Assembly: GCA_024403115.1 (NCBI GenBank)
Contig: JAKSSL010000003.1
Coordinates: 8,031-72,030, forward strand
Length of the DNA stretch: 64,000 bases
DNA from: Clostridia bacterium
GTDB lineage: Bacteria > Bacillota > Clostridia > Peptostreptococcales > Anaerovoracaceae
Reading direction: 5' to 3'
In this document: piece by piece, positions 46,614 through 56,759 of the stretch
Layout of the letters: each line of letters begins with the position of its first letter
Numbering within the stretch: position 1 is the first letter of the stretch
Program-made: the position numbers and the translations under genes
Notes under the pieces: model-generated
The model's database searches: none
The model's input: only the letters and a program-made list of their open reading frames with translations
Told to the model about the DNA's origin: nothing

Positions 46614-47114
46614 ATGAGCTTATACAAAGAATGGGACAAATTAATGAGCAACCAAACAGACAAGACTATTGAAAAGTTTTGGGCTGAATATAGTGGAACA
46701 GAAACTAGAATTTATAAACATATACTTGAAAACCCTCAAGAAGCTTTTGAAGGAAAGTATAGCGATTTAGTTGAAAAGTTTGAGGCAGACCCAGTTATAT
46801 TCATGGGATTCTTAGACGGAATTCAAACTTCACTAAACAATCCTTTTGATTTAGAAAAGGTTAAAGAGGACAGCGATATTAAATTAGATATCGATTTCGA
46901 AAAGCTATATTTCAACATGTTCAAGGCTGACGCAGAGTATTTATATACTTTGGAAGCATGGGAAGGTGTTTTGAGCGAAGAAAAGAGAGCTGAAATCTAC
47001 AAGGACTTCAAGAGATCTAGAACTGTACACGTAGAGAAGACTCCTGGAAGAAATGATCCATGTCCATGTGGCAGCGGTTTAAAGTACAAGAAATGCTGTG
47101 GTAAAAACGCTTAG
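46614..47114 (+). CDS. SEC-C metal-binding motif protein
   Basis: C-terminal [19 protein letters not shown]. The rest is not assignable. Confidence 0.7.
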   Translation: MSLYKEWDKLMSNQTDKTIEKFWAEYSGTETRIYKHILENPQEAFEGKYSDLVEKFEADPVIFMGFLDGIQTSLNNPFDLEKVKEDSDIKLDIDFEKLYFNMFKADAEYLYTLEAWEGVLSEEKRAEIYKDFKRSRTVHVEKTPGRNDPCPCGSGLKYKKCCGKNA

Positions 47115-47129
47115 TTAAGTGGAGGACAT

Positions 47130-47855
47130 ATGAGACCGATATTAATTGAGGCTGCAATGGCTTCAGAACTATACTATTTAGTAGAAAAATTAAATGCTAA
47201 GGAAAAAACTATTAACAAAGTAAGTTTTTTTGAAACAGAGTTTGATGCTTATCCTATAGTTTTGATGAAAACAAAGGTGGGCGAAATTAACAGTGCAATT
47301 TCAAATACCGTTGCCATGATGACATATAATCCTTGCCTGATAATTAACATAGGAACAGGTGGTGGTTATGGTGAAGAGGCAAACGTGGGTGATATTGTTG
47401 TTGGAAAGTCCATAAGATATATTTCTCAATATGTCACATCAGGAGATATAGAGCCTGATTTCAATTGTTGGAAGAAGGATAAATTCGTATCATTGGATGG
47501 GGAAGAAGTATCATATAGCATATCTGATAAGCTTTTGAACTATTTAAAAGCTGAGCTTTTCAAGGACAAGAATGTGAAGTATGCTACCATCTGTAGCGGA
47601 GATATTTGGTCTAAGGATGAAGAAACTATCAGAAAGCATATTGAACTGTATGACGGTTTGTGTGAGGTAATGGAAGCTACAGGTGCACACTTTGCAGCGG
47701 ATAGCTTTAATTGCCCAGAATTCGCTTTGAGAATAGTATCCAACAATGAAATCAAGGGCCAACTATTTGAGGAACATTACGGACAAGATCTTCAGGAATT
47801 TGTTTATGATTTAATTCCAAAGCTTGTTTGCGATGCTAAGAAAGGTTTGTTTTAA
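47130..47855 (+). CDS. MTA/SAH-nucleosidase-like (PNP_UDP_1 family) nucleosidase with a variant active site
   Basis: AAMASE (compare GAMEEE), NIGTGGG, VGDIVVG, SGD and VMEATG align with MTAN. The R-x-I-S-D motif reads RIVSN. Confidence 0.7.
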   Translation: MRPILIEAAMASELYYLVEKLNAKEKTINKVSFFETEFDAYPIVLMKTKVGEINSAISNTVAMMTYNPCLIINIGTGGGYGEEANVGDIVVGKSIRYISQYVTSGDIEPDFNCWKKDKFVSLDGEEVSYSISDKLLNYLKAELFKDKNVKYATICSGDIWSKDEETIRKHIELYDGLCEVMEATGAHFAADSFNCPEFALRIVSNNEIKGQLFEEHYGQDLQEFVYDLIPKLVCDAKKGLF

Positions 47856-48118
47856 TGGAAGACAAAGTAAAAGAGATTGTAGATGTAATAGAGAATAACG
47901 AAGATAAAATCGAGGAAGAATTTACCAAGGATGAGAAGAAGAAAATGCGTGGCGCAGCCATCGGCATGATTATTTTGGTGGTAATTGCTTTCGGAATTAT
48001 TTGTTATGTTAGTGGACTGGCAGGAAGCTGGTTTGGACCTATAGGTGAGAACGGAGTGTTGGGTGTTTGTGCCATTCTTTTAATAATAGGTCTATATTTT
48101 ACAAAGAAGGAAATGTAA
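47855..48118 (+). CDS. Small membrane protein (2 TM), hypothetical
   Basis: Acidic N-terminus then two hydrophobic helices. Translationally coupled (TAATG) to the upstream gene. Confidence 0.5.
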   Translation: MEDKVKEIVDVIENNEDKIEEEFTKDEKKKMRGAAIGMIILVVIAFGIICYVSGLAGSWFGPIGENGVLGVCAILLIIGLYFTKKEM

Positions 48119-48119
48119 T

Positions 48120-49370
48120 ATGATTAGAGAATTGTATTTAGATAGTGGCGTAAAACTTGTAATGGAAAAATTGGAGCATGTTCAGTCTGTATCCCTTGGA
48201 TTTTGGGTAAAGACAGGTGCAGTAGATGAGGACCAGTTCTATGCTGGTATTTCTCATTTTGTTGAGCATATGATGTTCAAAGGTACTGACAAAAGAAGTG
48301 CCAAAGAGATTGCTGAAGATGCTGACAAAATAGGTGGAAATATTAATGCTTTTACAGGAAAAGAAGCCACTTGCTACTATATTAAAACTTTAGATTCCAC
48401 TTGGAAGGAAGCAGGTGAGATAATCATCGATATGTTGGAAAATTCTCGCTTCGACCAAGAGGAACTTGATAAAGAAAGACAGGTTATCTGCGAAGAAATC
48501 AAGATGACTGAGGATACTCCTGATGAGTTGGCAATGGACACTATAGGAGAGATCATTTTTGATGGTCATCCTTTTGGCCATTCGGTTATCGGCACACCTG
48601 AGAATTTAAACAGAATTGATCACAAGGTGATGTCAGACTATGTAAAAGCCACTTACACAAGGGATAGCATAGTCATTGTAATTGCAGGTAATTTCGACGA
48701 AGATGAAGCTATCGAATACTTTAATGATAAATTGTTAAAGCTAGACGAAACAAAGGATCCAAGAGTTTTGGAAGAAGCTCCTTTCGAAAGAAAGACTAAG
48801 GTAATAGTAAAAGACATTGAACAAAGTCATCTGTGTCTAGCTACAAGAGCTTGCTCACTTTATGGACCTTTATACTACGAGCTTACACTATTATCAAATA
48901 TTTTTGGCGGAAGTATGAGTTCAAGGCTTTTCCAAAGCATAAGGGAGCAAAAGGGTTTGGCATATACTGTTATGTCAATGAAATGCTCATATGCAAGCGA
49001 TGGCTTTTTCAATATTTACGCAGGTGTAGCTCATAACAAGATTCAGGATGCCATAGACGGAATCAAGGAAGAACTTCTTAAACTTAAAGATGAAGGCATT
49101 ACTGAGGAAGAGCTTGAAATGGCTAAAGTTCAAGCTAAGGCATCATACATTTTTGGTATGGAAAATGTATCATCTAGAATGTTTTCCATAGGTAAAAAAG
49201 AGCTTTTTTTGGGCCACGATATTTCAGGTGAAGAAATAGTTCAAATGATTGATGCTGTAAATATGGATGGAATTAACAAGGCCATTGAAATGGTGAGCAA
49301 TATTGATGAATATTGTGCCTGCCTTGTTACAAATAGTGAAATTGATTTGGAAGAAATGATATGGAAGTAA
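48120..49370 (+). CDS. M16-family zinc peptidase (insulinase-like)
   Basis: Inverted zinc motif HFVEH followed by ..E downstream. 416 aa with two M16 lobes. Confidence 0.85.
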   Translation: MIRELYLDSGVKLVMEKLEHVQSVSLGFWVKTGAVDEDQFYAGISHFVEHMMFKGTDKRSAKEIAEDADKIGGNINAFTGKEATCYYIKTLDSTWKEAGEIIIDMLENSRFDQEELDKERQVICEEIKMTEDTPDELAMDTIGEIIFDGHPFGHSVIGTPENLNRIDHKVMSDYVKATYTRDSIVIVIAGNFDEDEAIEYFNDKLLKLDETKDPRVLEEAPFERKTKVIVKDIEQSHLCLATRACSLYGPLYYELTLLSNIFGGSMSSRLFQSIREQKGLAYTVMSMKCSYASDGFFNIYAGVAHNKIQDAIDGIKEELLKLKDEGITEEELEMAKVQAKASYIFGMENVSSRMFSIGKKELFLGHDISGEEIVQMIDAVNMDGINKAIEMVSNIDEYCACLVTNSEIDLEEMIWK

Positions 49371-49792
49371 TTAAAGTAAAAAGCAAAAATGGACAATTAC
49401 CAGAATACAAGACTATAGGATCCGCAGGTATGGATTTGGCAGCTTGTATTGATGAAGATATTACTCTGATGCCAATGGAAAGAAGATTGGTACCAACAGG
49501 CCTATGGGTTGAACTTCCTCAAGGAATGGAAGTGCAGGTTAGAGCTCGTTCAGGACTATCCATTAGAAATGGGATTACATTGATCAATGGAATTGGTACT
49601 GTTGACTCAGACTACAGAGGTGAGTGGAATGTGCCCCTTGTTAATTTAAGTAACGAGGCTTTTACCATTCATAATGGCGACAGAATAGCACAGGCCGTAT
49701 TTATGAAATACGAGAAGGTAGAATTAAAGCTAGCAGACTCCGTGGATGAAACAGAGCGCGGAGATGGTGGCTTTGGAAGCACAGGAATATAG
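49361..49792 (+). CDS. dut: dUTP diphosphatase
   Basis: 143 aa with AGMDL, RSG, G.VDSDYRGE and the C-terminal GGFGSTG. Confidence 0.92.
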   Translation: MEVIKVKSKNGQLPEYKTIGSAGMDLAACIDEDITLMPMERRLVPTGLWVELPQGMEVQVRARSGLSIRNGITLINGIGTVDSDYRGEWNVPLVNLSNEAFTIHNGDRIAQAVFMKYEKVELKLADSVDETERGDGGFGSTGI

Positions 49793-49794
49793 AA

Positions 49795-50817
49795 ATGTTA
49801 TTAAGAGAAGATTTAGAAAAAAGAGAAAAAGAAATACTATCTCCTTTTGCTTGCAAGTCAGCAGAAAGCAAGGGCCGTCTAGTTGAGGAGCCTAAGTGTA
49901 ATGTTAGAACAGACTTTCAAAGAGACAGGGATAGAATCATACACTCTAAGGCTTTTAGACGTTTGATGCACAAGACTCAGGTATTCCTTTCACCAGAGGG
50001 TGATCACTACAGGACTAGACTAACACATACTCTTGAGGTAGCACAGATTTCAAGAACCATTGCAAGAGCCTTGAATCTAAACGAGGATTTAACTGAAGCA
50101 ATAGCTTTGGCCCACGATTTAGGCCATACTCCTTTCGGACACAATGGGGAAACTGTTTTGAACCAGATTTATCCAGGTGGATTTAAGCACAATGAGCAAA
50201 GCTTGAGAATGGTTGATGTTATTGAAAAGAGAGGGGATGTTAGAGGCCTTAATCTTACTATGGAAGTAAGAGATGGCATTTTGCATCATAATGGTCCTAC
50301 ACTTCCTATGACTTTGGAAGGCCAAATCGTTAAAATCAGCGATAGAATAGCATATATTAATCATGATATTGATGATGCTATTAGAAGTGGGGTTATTGAT
50401 TCAGACAGTCTTCCTAGGGAATGTCTAAAGGTTTTAGGCACAACTCATGACGAAAGAATTAACAATATGGTGGAAAACCTTGTTAAAACAAGCGACGGAA
50501 AAGAAGTCATCTCCATGACTCCTGATTTTCAAGAGGCTATGGACAAGTTGAGATCATATATGTTCAAAAACGTCTATATGAATTCAGACGTCAAGTTGGA
50601 AGAAGATTTAAACAAGATAGAAACAATAATTAAATCACTATACGATTACTATATAGACAATCCGAGCCGTCTACCAGATGATTTTCTGGAGCTGGCAGAA
50701 GAATATGGTGTAGAGATGGCTGTCAAAGACTATATCGCAGGTATGACAGATAGATATGCTTTGAATCATTACAGCGAAATCTTTGTACCTAAGGGCTGGA
50801 GACAAAAAGGTGTTTAA
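49795..50817 (+). CDS. dGTP triphosphohydrolase-like HD-domain protein
   Basis: F.RDRDRI.HS.AFRRL..KTQV, RLTH.LEV.QI.R and HDLGH.PFGH. Confidence 0.88.
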   Translation: MLLREDLEKREKEILSPFACKSAESKGRLVEEPKCNVRTDFQRDRDRIIHSKAFRRLMHKTQVFLSPEGDHYRTRLTHTLEVAQISRTIARALNLNEDLTEAIALAHDLGHTPFGHNGETVLNQIYPGGFKHNEQSLRMVDVIEKRGDVRGLNLTMEVRDGILHHNGPTLPMTLEGQIVKISDRIAYINHDIDDAIRSGVIDSDSLPRECLKVLGTTHDERINNMVENLVKTSDGKEVISMTPDFQEAMDKLRSYMFKNVYMNSDVKLEEDLNKIETIIKSLYDYYIDNPSRLPDDFLELAEEYGVEMAVKDYIAGMTDRYALNHYSEIFVPKGWRQKGV

Positions 50818-50825
50818 AAGCAATT

Positions 50826-50859
50826 AAAAATGATAGGCTATAAAGCCTATCATTTTTTT
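50826..50859. terminator. Bidirectional terminator between the convergent dGTPase-like gene and gdhA
   Basis: AAAAATGATAGGCT-ATAA-AGCCTATCATTTTT, with A/T runs on both sides. Confidence 0.8.
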
Positions 50860-50876
50860 ATGTAAATCAATATGTT

Positions 50877-52223
50877 CTATACTAAACCTTGAGCCATCAT
50901 TGCATCTGCAACTTTGATGAAACCTGCGATATTTGCACCCTTAACTAGGTCATACTTTCCATAGTATTCTTGTGATGCATCTGCACAAGCCTTGTGGATG
51001 TTAACCATGATTGTATGTAATTGGTCAAGAACGTCATCTGCTGAGTAAACAGCCTTGCTTGCGTTTTGTCCCATTTCGATACATGATACAGCAACACCAC
51101 CAGCGTTTGCAGCCTTAGCAGGTCCTACAATGATTCCATTTTCTTGTAGGTAAGCAATAGCTTCGTTAGTTGTAGGCATGTTAGCACCTTCGCATAAGTA
51201 TTTAGCTCCGCTTGCTACGATTTGCTTTGCGTCTTCCATGTGGATTTCGTTTTGAGTTGCGCAAGGGATGTATAAATCACATGCATATTCCCAAGGCTTC
51301 TTTCCAGGAACGAATTTAGCGTTAGGGAATTTTTCAGCGTATGGAGCAACGATGTTCTTTCCTGATGCTCTTAAGTCAAGCATGCATTGCCATTTTTCTT
51401 CTGTGCCAACGCCTTCTTCATCGATGATGTATCCATCTGGACCTGAAATAGTTACGCACTTAGCGCCTAATTCAGTTAACTTCTTTGCAGTTCCCCAAGC
51501 AACGTTTCCGAAACCTGAAATAGCAACTCTCTTGCCTTCAAGCTTGTCTCCGTTAGCCTTAAGCATTTCTTCTGCATACCATACGATTCCGTAACCTGTA
51601 GCTTCAGTTCTTCCTAGAGCTCCGCCGTAAGGGATACCCTTACCAGTTAATACGCCTTCGAATCTGTTTACAATCTTCTTGTATTGTCCGAATAGGTAAC
51701 CGATTTCTCTAGCGCCAACGCCAAGGTCTCCAGCTGGAACGTCAGTTGAAGGTCCGATGTGTCTGTAAAGCTCAGTCATATATGCTTGGCAGAATCTCAT
51801 GATTTCTGCATCGCTCTTTCCGTTAGGATCGAAGTCTGAACCACCTTTACCACCGCCGATAGGAAGACCAGTTAAGCTGTTCTTGAAGATTTGTTCGAAA
51901 CCTAAGAATTTGATGATTCCAGGGTATACGTTTGGAGCAAATCTAAGACCACCCTTGTAAGGTCCGATAGCACTGTTGAATTCATATCTATAGCCTTTGT
52001 TTACATGAACTTTACCGTTATCATCAGCCCAAACGACTCTAAAATGAATTCCTCTTTCAGGTTCAGTGATTCTTTCTAAGATTGAAGCAGCCTCATATTC
52101 AGGATGCTTTTCAATTACTGGTGCAAGAGAAGTTAAAACCTCTTCAACTGTTTGGTGAAATTCAGCTTCGCCAGGGTTTCTTCTTTTAACTTCTTCAATG
52201 CAATTTTGAACATAATTTGACAT
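50877..52223 (-). CDS. gdhA: NADP-specific glutamate dehydrogenase
   Basis: 448 aa. GGGKGGSDFDP catalytic-Lys motif and a Rossmann GFGNVA. The only minus-strand gene in the window. Confidence 0.95.
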   Translation of the reverse strand: MSNYVQNCIEEVKRRNPGEAEFHQTVEEVLTSLAPVIEKHPEYEAASILERITEPERGIHFRVVWADDNGKVHVNKGYRYEFNSAIGPYKGGLRFAPNVYPGIIKFLGFEQIFKNSLTGLPIGGGKGGSDFDPNGKSDAEIMRFCQAYMTELYRHIGPSTDVPAGDLGVGAREIGYLFGQYKKIVNRFEGVLTGKGIPYGGALGRTEATGYGIVWYAEEMLKANGDKLEGKRVAISGFGNVAWGTAKKLTELGAKCVTISGPDGYIIDEEGVGTEEKWQCMLDLRASGKNIVAPYAEKFPNAKFVPGKKPWEYACDLYIPCATQNEIHMEDAKQIVASGAKYLCEGANMPTTNEAIAYLQENGIIVGPAKAANAGGVAVSCIEMGQNASKAVYSADDVLDQLHTIMVNIHKACADASQEYYGKYDLVKGANIAGFIKVADAMMAQGLV

Positions 52224-52331
52224 AATAACTCTCCTTTTTGCTATTTAATATAACATATCACTTAAAGTATAACACTTTAAAAATATATATTCAAACTATA
52301 TTTAATAAAAGCCTCAAACTATCTATTTTAC

Positions 52332-52361
52332 TTGCATTTGTCCTTACATTGGTTGTATAAT
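52332..52361 (+). promoter_or_regulatory. Putative SigA promoter for mgtE
   Basis: TTGCAT (52332-52337), 18-nt spacer, TATAAT (52356-52361). Confidence 0.45.
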
Positions 52362-52401
52362 AATTATGTATATTTATGATTTTATGGAAGGAGGTTTATC
52401 A

Positions 52402-53799
52402 ATGGAAAATATTAATATCGATTTAGAACAAGCAGTTGATGAATCTCTTGAAAAAATCCTTAATTTATTAGAGGAAAAACAGTACTTCAAAGCTCGTGAC
52501 GAGATTTGCCAATACAATGCGGTTGACGAATCTGAAATGCTTGAAGAGGTAATAGATGAAGCTGGTATTGAAAAAGCGGTCATCCTTTTTAGGCTGCTTC
52601 CAAAAGCAACATCTGTAGATGTTTTTTCCTTCTTACCAACTGATGACCAGTTGGCAATCATAGATGCAATAACAGATTCAGAAACAACATACATCATCGA
52701 TGAATTAGACTTCGACGATAAGATCGACGTACTGGAAGAATTACCTGCCAATGTTGTCGATAAAATATTAGAAAAAACACCAAAGCATGAAAGAAAACTA
52801 ATCAACACCTTCCTTAACTATCCTGACGATTCAGCAGGAAGCTTGATGACTCCTAATTACATTAGCTTGAAGAAGGATTGGAGCGTTGCTGAGGCCCTTG
52901 CTCATATTAAGGAAGAGGGCATGGATGCGGAAACAATCTACACATGCTATGTAAAGGAAAGCGATAGAAGGCTAATTGGTATCGTTTCACTTAGCACTTT
53001 GGTTACCAAAGACGATAATATTAAGATCAAGGAAATCATGGTAGACGACTATGTATGGCTTGATGTTAATGATGACCAAGAAGAAGTAGCAGACACCTTC
53101 AAGAAGTACGGCTTCCTAGCTCTTCCTGTAGTTGATAAAGAACACAGACTTGTGGGAATAGTTACTGTCGATGACGTATTGGACGTCATGGAAGAAGAGG
53201 CTACAGAGGATATCGAGCGTATGGCCGGTGTCATCGACTTCGAGGACTCGGATAGAGAGTACTTAGATATACCTGTTTGGAAGCATGCTATTAACAGGTT
53301 ACCGTGGTTATTAATATTGATGGTAGCATATATTTTCACAGGACAAATAGTAGCGTCCTTTGAGAATCAGCTTTCCGCTATGACTTGTTTGATAATCTAT
53401 ATGCCTATGTTAATGGGTACAGGTGGAAATACTGGTTCACAAGCAGCCACTCTAATAATTCGTGGTTTGGCAACAGACGAGGTAGATTTGTCGGATACCC
53501 TTAAGATTTTGTGGAAAGAGTTTAGAGTTGGAGTACTTTTAGGAGTATTGCTAAGCCTATTCAATTTCTTGAGGATAGTATTTATAGATGGAGAGACCAT
53601 CGCAGTAGCTATGACAGTATGCTTGGCTATGATATTTATAGTAATATTTGCCAAGATTTTGGGAAGTATGGTGCCAATACTTGTAAAAGCGTGCAAGTTG
53701 GACCCTGCTTTAATAGCGAACCCTGCTATTTCATCAATTTCTGATGCGGTAGCACTTACAATATATTTTGTAGTAGCAAGTTTAGTTTTAGGAATTTAG
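52402..53799 (+). CDS. mgtE: Magnesium transporter MgtE
   Basis: MgtE N-domain, tandem CBS domains, and a 5-TM C-terminus with GTGGNTGSQ. ATG 52402 follows GGAAGGAGG; the track start is 52366. Confidence 0.92.
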   Translation: MENINIDLEQAVDESLEKILNLLEEKQYFKARDEICQYNAVDESEMLEEVIDEAGIEKAVILFRLLPKATSVDVFSFLPTDDQLAIIDAITDSETTYIIDELDFDDKIDVLEELPANVVDKILEKTPKHERKLINTFLNYPDDSAGSLMTPNYISLKKDWSVAEALAHIKEEGMDAETIYTCYVKESDRRLIGIVSLSTLVTKDDNIKIKEIMVDDYVWLDVNDDQEEVADTFKKYGFLALPVVDKEHRLVGIVTVDDVLDVMEEEATEDIERMAGVIDFEDSDREYLDIPVWKHAINRLPWLLILMVAYIFTGQIVASFENQLSAMTCLIIYMPMLMGTGGNTGSQAATLIIRGLATDEVDLSDTLKILWKEFRVGVLLGVLLSLFNFLRIVFIDGETIAVAMTVCLAMIFIVIFAKILGSMVPILVKACKLDPALIANPAISSISDAVALTIYFVVASLVLGI

Positions 53800-53808
53800 G
53801 AGGAAAGA

Positions 53809-54639
53809 ATGACTATTCAAGAATTAGAACAGATGGCTTCAAAGATAAGAGTAGACATTATCAAAGAAGTTTATCATGCAGGTTCTGGCCATCCAGGCGG
53901 TTCACTTTCGGCAGCAGATGTGGTTACAGCATTGTATTTTGAAGAGATGAACATTGATCCAGAAAATCCAAAGATGGAAGGAAGAGACAAATTTGTATTA
54001 TCAAAGGGCCATGTTGCTCCTTTGCAATATGCTGCTTTAGCAGAGAGAGGATTCTTCCCAGTAGAGGATTTGTGGACTTTGAGAAAGCTTGGAAGCAAAT
54101 TACAAGGACATCCTAATATGCACTATGTTCCTGGCGTTGAAATGTCAACAGGTTCATTGGGACAAGGAATTTCAACTTGTGTTGGAATGGCTTTGGCAAA
54201 CAAGATGGACAAAAAGCCTGGAAGAGTTTTCGCCCTACTAGGTGATGGGGAATTGCAAGAAGGTTTGGTCTGGGAAGCTGCAATGGCTGCAGGACACTAT
54301 CATTTGGACAATCTAGTTGCAATCGTTGACTGGAACGGACTACAAATTGATGGAAAGAATGAAGAGGTAATGACAGTTACCCCTATCGCTGCAAAGTTTG
54401 AAAGCTTTGGATGGGATTCATTAATCATAGACGGTCATAATATGCTTGAGGTTGTGAACGCTTTAAAAGCAACACGCGAAGCAGAAGGAAAACCGTTAGT
54501 AATTATTGCTAAAACTCATAAAGGACATGGAGTATCCATTATGGAAGACCAAGCAGGTTGGCATGGTAAGGCTCCAGATGAGGAAACAGCAAAAGCAGCA
54601 GTTGAGGAATTAGGAGGTGTGTGGAACAATGGAAAATAA
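53809..54639 (+). CDS. Transketolase, N-terminal (TPP-binding) subunit
   Basis: GSGHPGGSLS, GDGE..EG. 276 aa, split-transketolase architecture. Confidence 0.9.
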   Translation: MTIQELEQMASKIRVDIIKEVYHAGSGHPGGSLSAADVVTALYFEEMNIDPENPKMEGRDKFVLSKGHVAPLQYAALAERGFFPVEDLWTLRKLGSKLQGHPNMHYVPGVEMSTGSLGQGISTCVGMALANKMDKKPGRVFALLGDGELQEGLVWEAAMAAGHYHLDNLVAIVDWNGLQIDGKNEEVMTVTPIAAKFESFGWDSLIIDGHNMLEVVNALKATREAEGKPLVIIAKTHKGHGVSIMEDQAGWHGKAPDEETAKAAVEELGGVWNNGK

Positions 54640-55564
54640 GATTAAAAAGGCCACTCGTGAAGCATACGGTGAAGCTCTAGTAGAAATGGGAGCAGAGTTT
54701 CCTAATTTAGTTGTAATGGACGCTGATTTATCAGGCTCAACTAAGACAAGCATGTTCAAGAAAGCATACCCTGACAGATTTTTTAACATGGGTATTGCAG
54801 AAGCAAATCTATATGGCGCAGCAGCAGGTTTAGCCGTTTCAGGCAAAATCGTATGCGCAAGTACTTTCGCCATGTTTGCTACAGGTCGTGCTTTTGAAAT
54901 AATTAGAAATTCAATAGGATATACACATGCTAATGTAAAAGTTTGTGCCACACATGCAGGTATTACTGTAGGCGAAGATGGTGCATCACATCAAACTTTT
55001 GAGGATCTAGCTTTGATGAGAACAATTCCTGGAATGACAGTTGTCAATCCTTGCGATTCAGTTTCTGCAAAAGCTTTGCTTCACAAGGTAGTTGAAATGG
55101 ATGGACCATGCTACGTAAGATTGGGTAGAGCTGCAGTGGAAAACCTTTATGAAGAAGGCTATGAATTTGAACTTGGAAAGGCTAATGTATTAAGAGAAGG
55201 AAACGATGTGGCAATTATTGCTACAGGACTTATGGTACAAGACGCTATGGCAGCTGCTGAAAAGTTGGCAGACGAAGGAATCCAAGCTCGTGTAATTGAT
55301 ATGCACACAATTAAGCCTTTGGATGAGGATATTATTATTAAAGCAGCTCAAGAGACTAAGGCTATAGTTACTGCCGAAGAGCATTCAGTAATAGGAGGTC
55401 TTGGTTCTGCAGTGGCAGAAGTGGTTACAAAGCATGCCCCAACTAGAATTGAAATGGTTGGTCAAAAGGATACTTTTGGTGAGTCTGGAAAACCTGATGA
55501 ACTAAGAGAAAAATATGGCATGACAGCTAATGATATTTATATGGCTGTAAAAACAGTACTATAA
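54629..55564 (+). CDS. Transketolase, C-terminal (pyrimidine-binding) subunit
   Basis: GIAE.N, DG.SHQ. ATG 54629 follows AGGAGG; the track start is GTG 54617. Confidence 0.9.
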   Translation: MENKIKKATREAYGEALVEMGAEFPNLVVMDADLSGSTKTSMFKKAYPDRFFNMGIAEANLYGAAAGLAVSGKIVCASTFAMFATGRAFEIIRNSIGYTHANVKVCATHAGITVGEDGASHQTFEDLALMRTIPGMTVVNPCDSVSAKALLHKVVEMDGPCYVRLGRAAVENLYEEGYEFELGKANVLREGNDVAIIATGLMVQDAMAAAEKLADEGIQARVIDMHTIKPLDEDIIIKAAQETKAIVTAEEHSVIGGLGSAVAEVVTKHAPTRIEMVGQKDTFGESGKPDELREKYGMTANDIYMAVKTVL

Positions 55565-55569
55565 ACTTT

Positions 55570-55601
55570 AATACCATATTTTTCGGAATATGGTATTTTT
55601 T
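55570..55601 (+). terminator. Rho-independent terminator after the transketolase genes
   Basis: AATACCATATT-TTTCGG-AATATGGTATT followed by TTTT. Confidence 0.8.
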
Positions 55602-55613
55602 AAAAGGTAAAAT

Positions 55614-56759
55614 ATGAGAGACATAATAATTGTAGGTGGAGGAGCAAGTGCTTTTGCTACAGCTTTAAGCGCAAAAGCCGGCAATCCCAATTTAGACATT
55701 TTAATAGTTGAGAAGAACGAACAGCTGGGTAAAAAGCTAAAAGCCACAGGTAATGGAAGATGCAATATTACCAATTCTAACGCCGAAGAGTTTAGACTTG
55801 TTCTAAGATTTTTGGAGCAAAATGGTATTTTAACCAAGGAAGAAGATGAAGGCAGATTCTATCCATATAACGAGGATGCGGCAGATTGTGTGAAGGCTTT
55901 GAGCCATAGAATTAAAGCTTTGGGCGTTGACACAAGCTTGGGCGACGGGGTTATTAAAATTGACAAAGACTCCAATGGTTTTACAGTTAATACTGAGCAA
56001 GGCCAAAAGCTGGAAGCTAAAAATGTGGTTATCGCATGTGGCGGCAAGGCTGGTCCGCAGTATGGAACAATTGGGGATAGCTTCAAGTTTGCCCGTAGTT
56101 TGGGCCATCGAGTAACAAGCTTGGCGCCTGCTTTAACAGGAATCGACACTGTAGAGGACCTAAAAGCCCTAAAAGGGGTGCGTCATCAGGCCACAGCCAG
56201 CCTTTACAAAGAGGGCCAGTTGATTGCTAGTGAGCAAGGCCAGGTGCAGTTTACAGAATATGGACTTTCAGGAATTTGCATTTTCAATCTGTCTCGCTTG
56301 ATTAAATTTGAAGAAGGCGAGGATGTCCGTGAAGGCTTCCAAAAGTTCACCATTTCTCTTGATCTCCTTCCAGAGCTTGACCATGATCAAGTTGTGGAGA
56401 TACTGGAAGAGAGACTGTCCATGGCGGATATGAAACTTCAAGACGCCCTGAGAACTTTGGTAAAAGAGCCTTTGGCTAATTATCTTTTGGGAAAAGCCAC
56501 AGACTTGAATATGTTGGCAAAGGAACTGAAAGACCTGAAGCTAGGAGTTAGTGGACTTGAAGGCTGGAAGATGGCACAGCTTACTCGAGGCGGAGTTGTC
56601 TTAGATGAAATAAATATGGATACCATGGAATCTAAATTGGTGAAGGGCCTTTACATAGTAGGCGAAGCCATAGATTTTGATGGACCATGTGGCGGTTATA
56701 ACCTGCAAAATGCTTTTGAAACAGGTATATATGCAGGCGAAGCTTTAGCAGGAGAATAA
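55614..56759 (+). CDS. HI0933/BaiN-like NAD(P)/FAD-dependent oxidoreductase
   Basis: IIVGGGASA dinucleotide fold, GKKL.ATGNGRCN.TN signature, C-terminal GGYNLQ.A...G. Confidence 0.8.
   Translation: MRDIIIVGGGASAFATALSAKAGNPNLDILIVEKNEQLGKKLKATGNGRCNITNSNAEEFRLVLRFLEQNGILTKEEDEGRFYPYNEDAADCVKALSHRIKALGVDTSLGDGVIKIDKDSNGFTVNTEQGQKLEAKNVVIACGGKAGPQYGTIGDSFKFARSLGHRVTSLAPALTGIDTVEDLKALKGVRHQATASLYKEGQLIASEQGQVQFTEYGLSGICIFNLSRLIKFEEGEDVREGFQKFTISLDLLPELDHDQVVEILEERLSMADMKLQDALRTLVKEPLANYLLGKATDLNMLAKELKDLKLGVSGLEGWKMAQLTRGGVVLDEINMDTMESKLVKGLYIVGEAIDFDGPCGGYNLQNAFETGIYAGEALAGE

Noticed and set aside
52224-52401. A possible M-box (Mg2+) riboswitch in the 178-nt leader upstream of mgtE.
   Set aside because: The region is extremely AT-rich and has no GC-rich paired helices or conserved M-box core that I could recognise. 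The best promoter match leaves only about a 40-nt leader, which is too short for an M-box.
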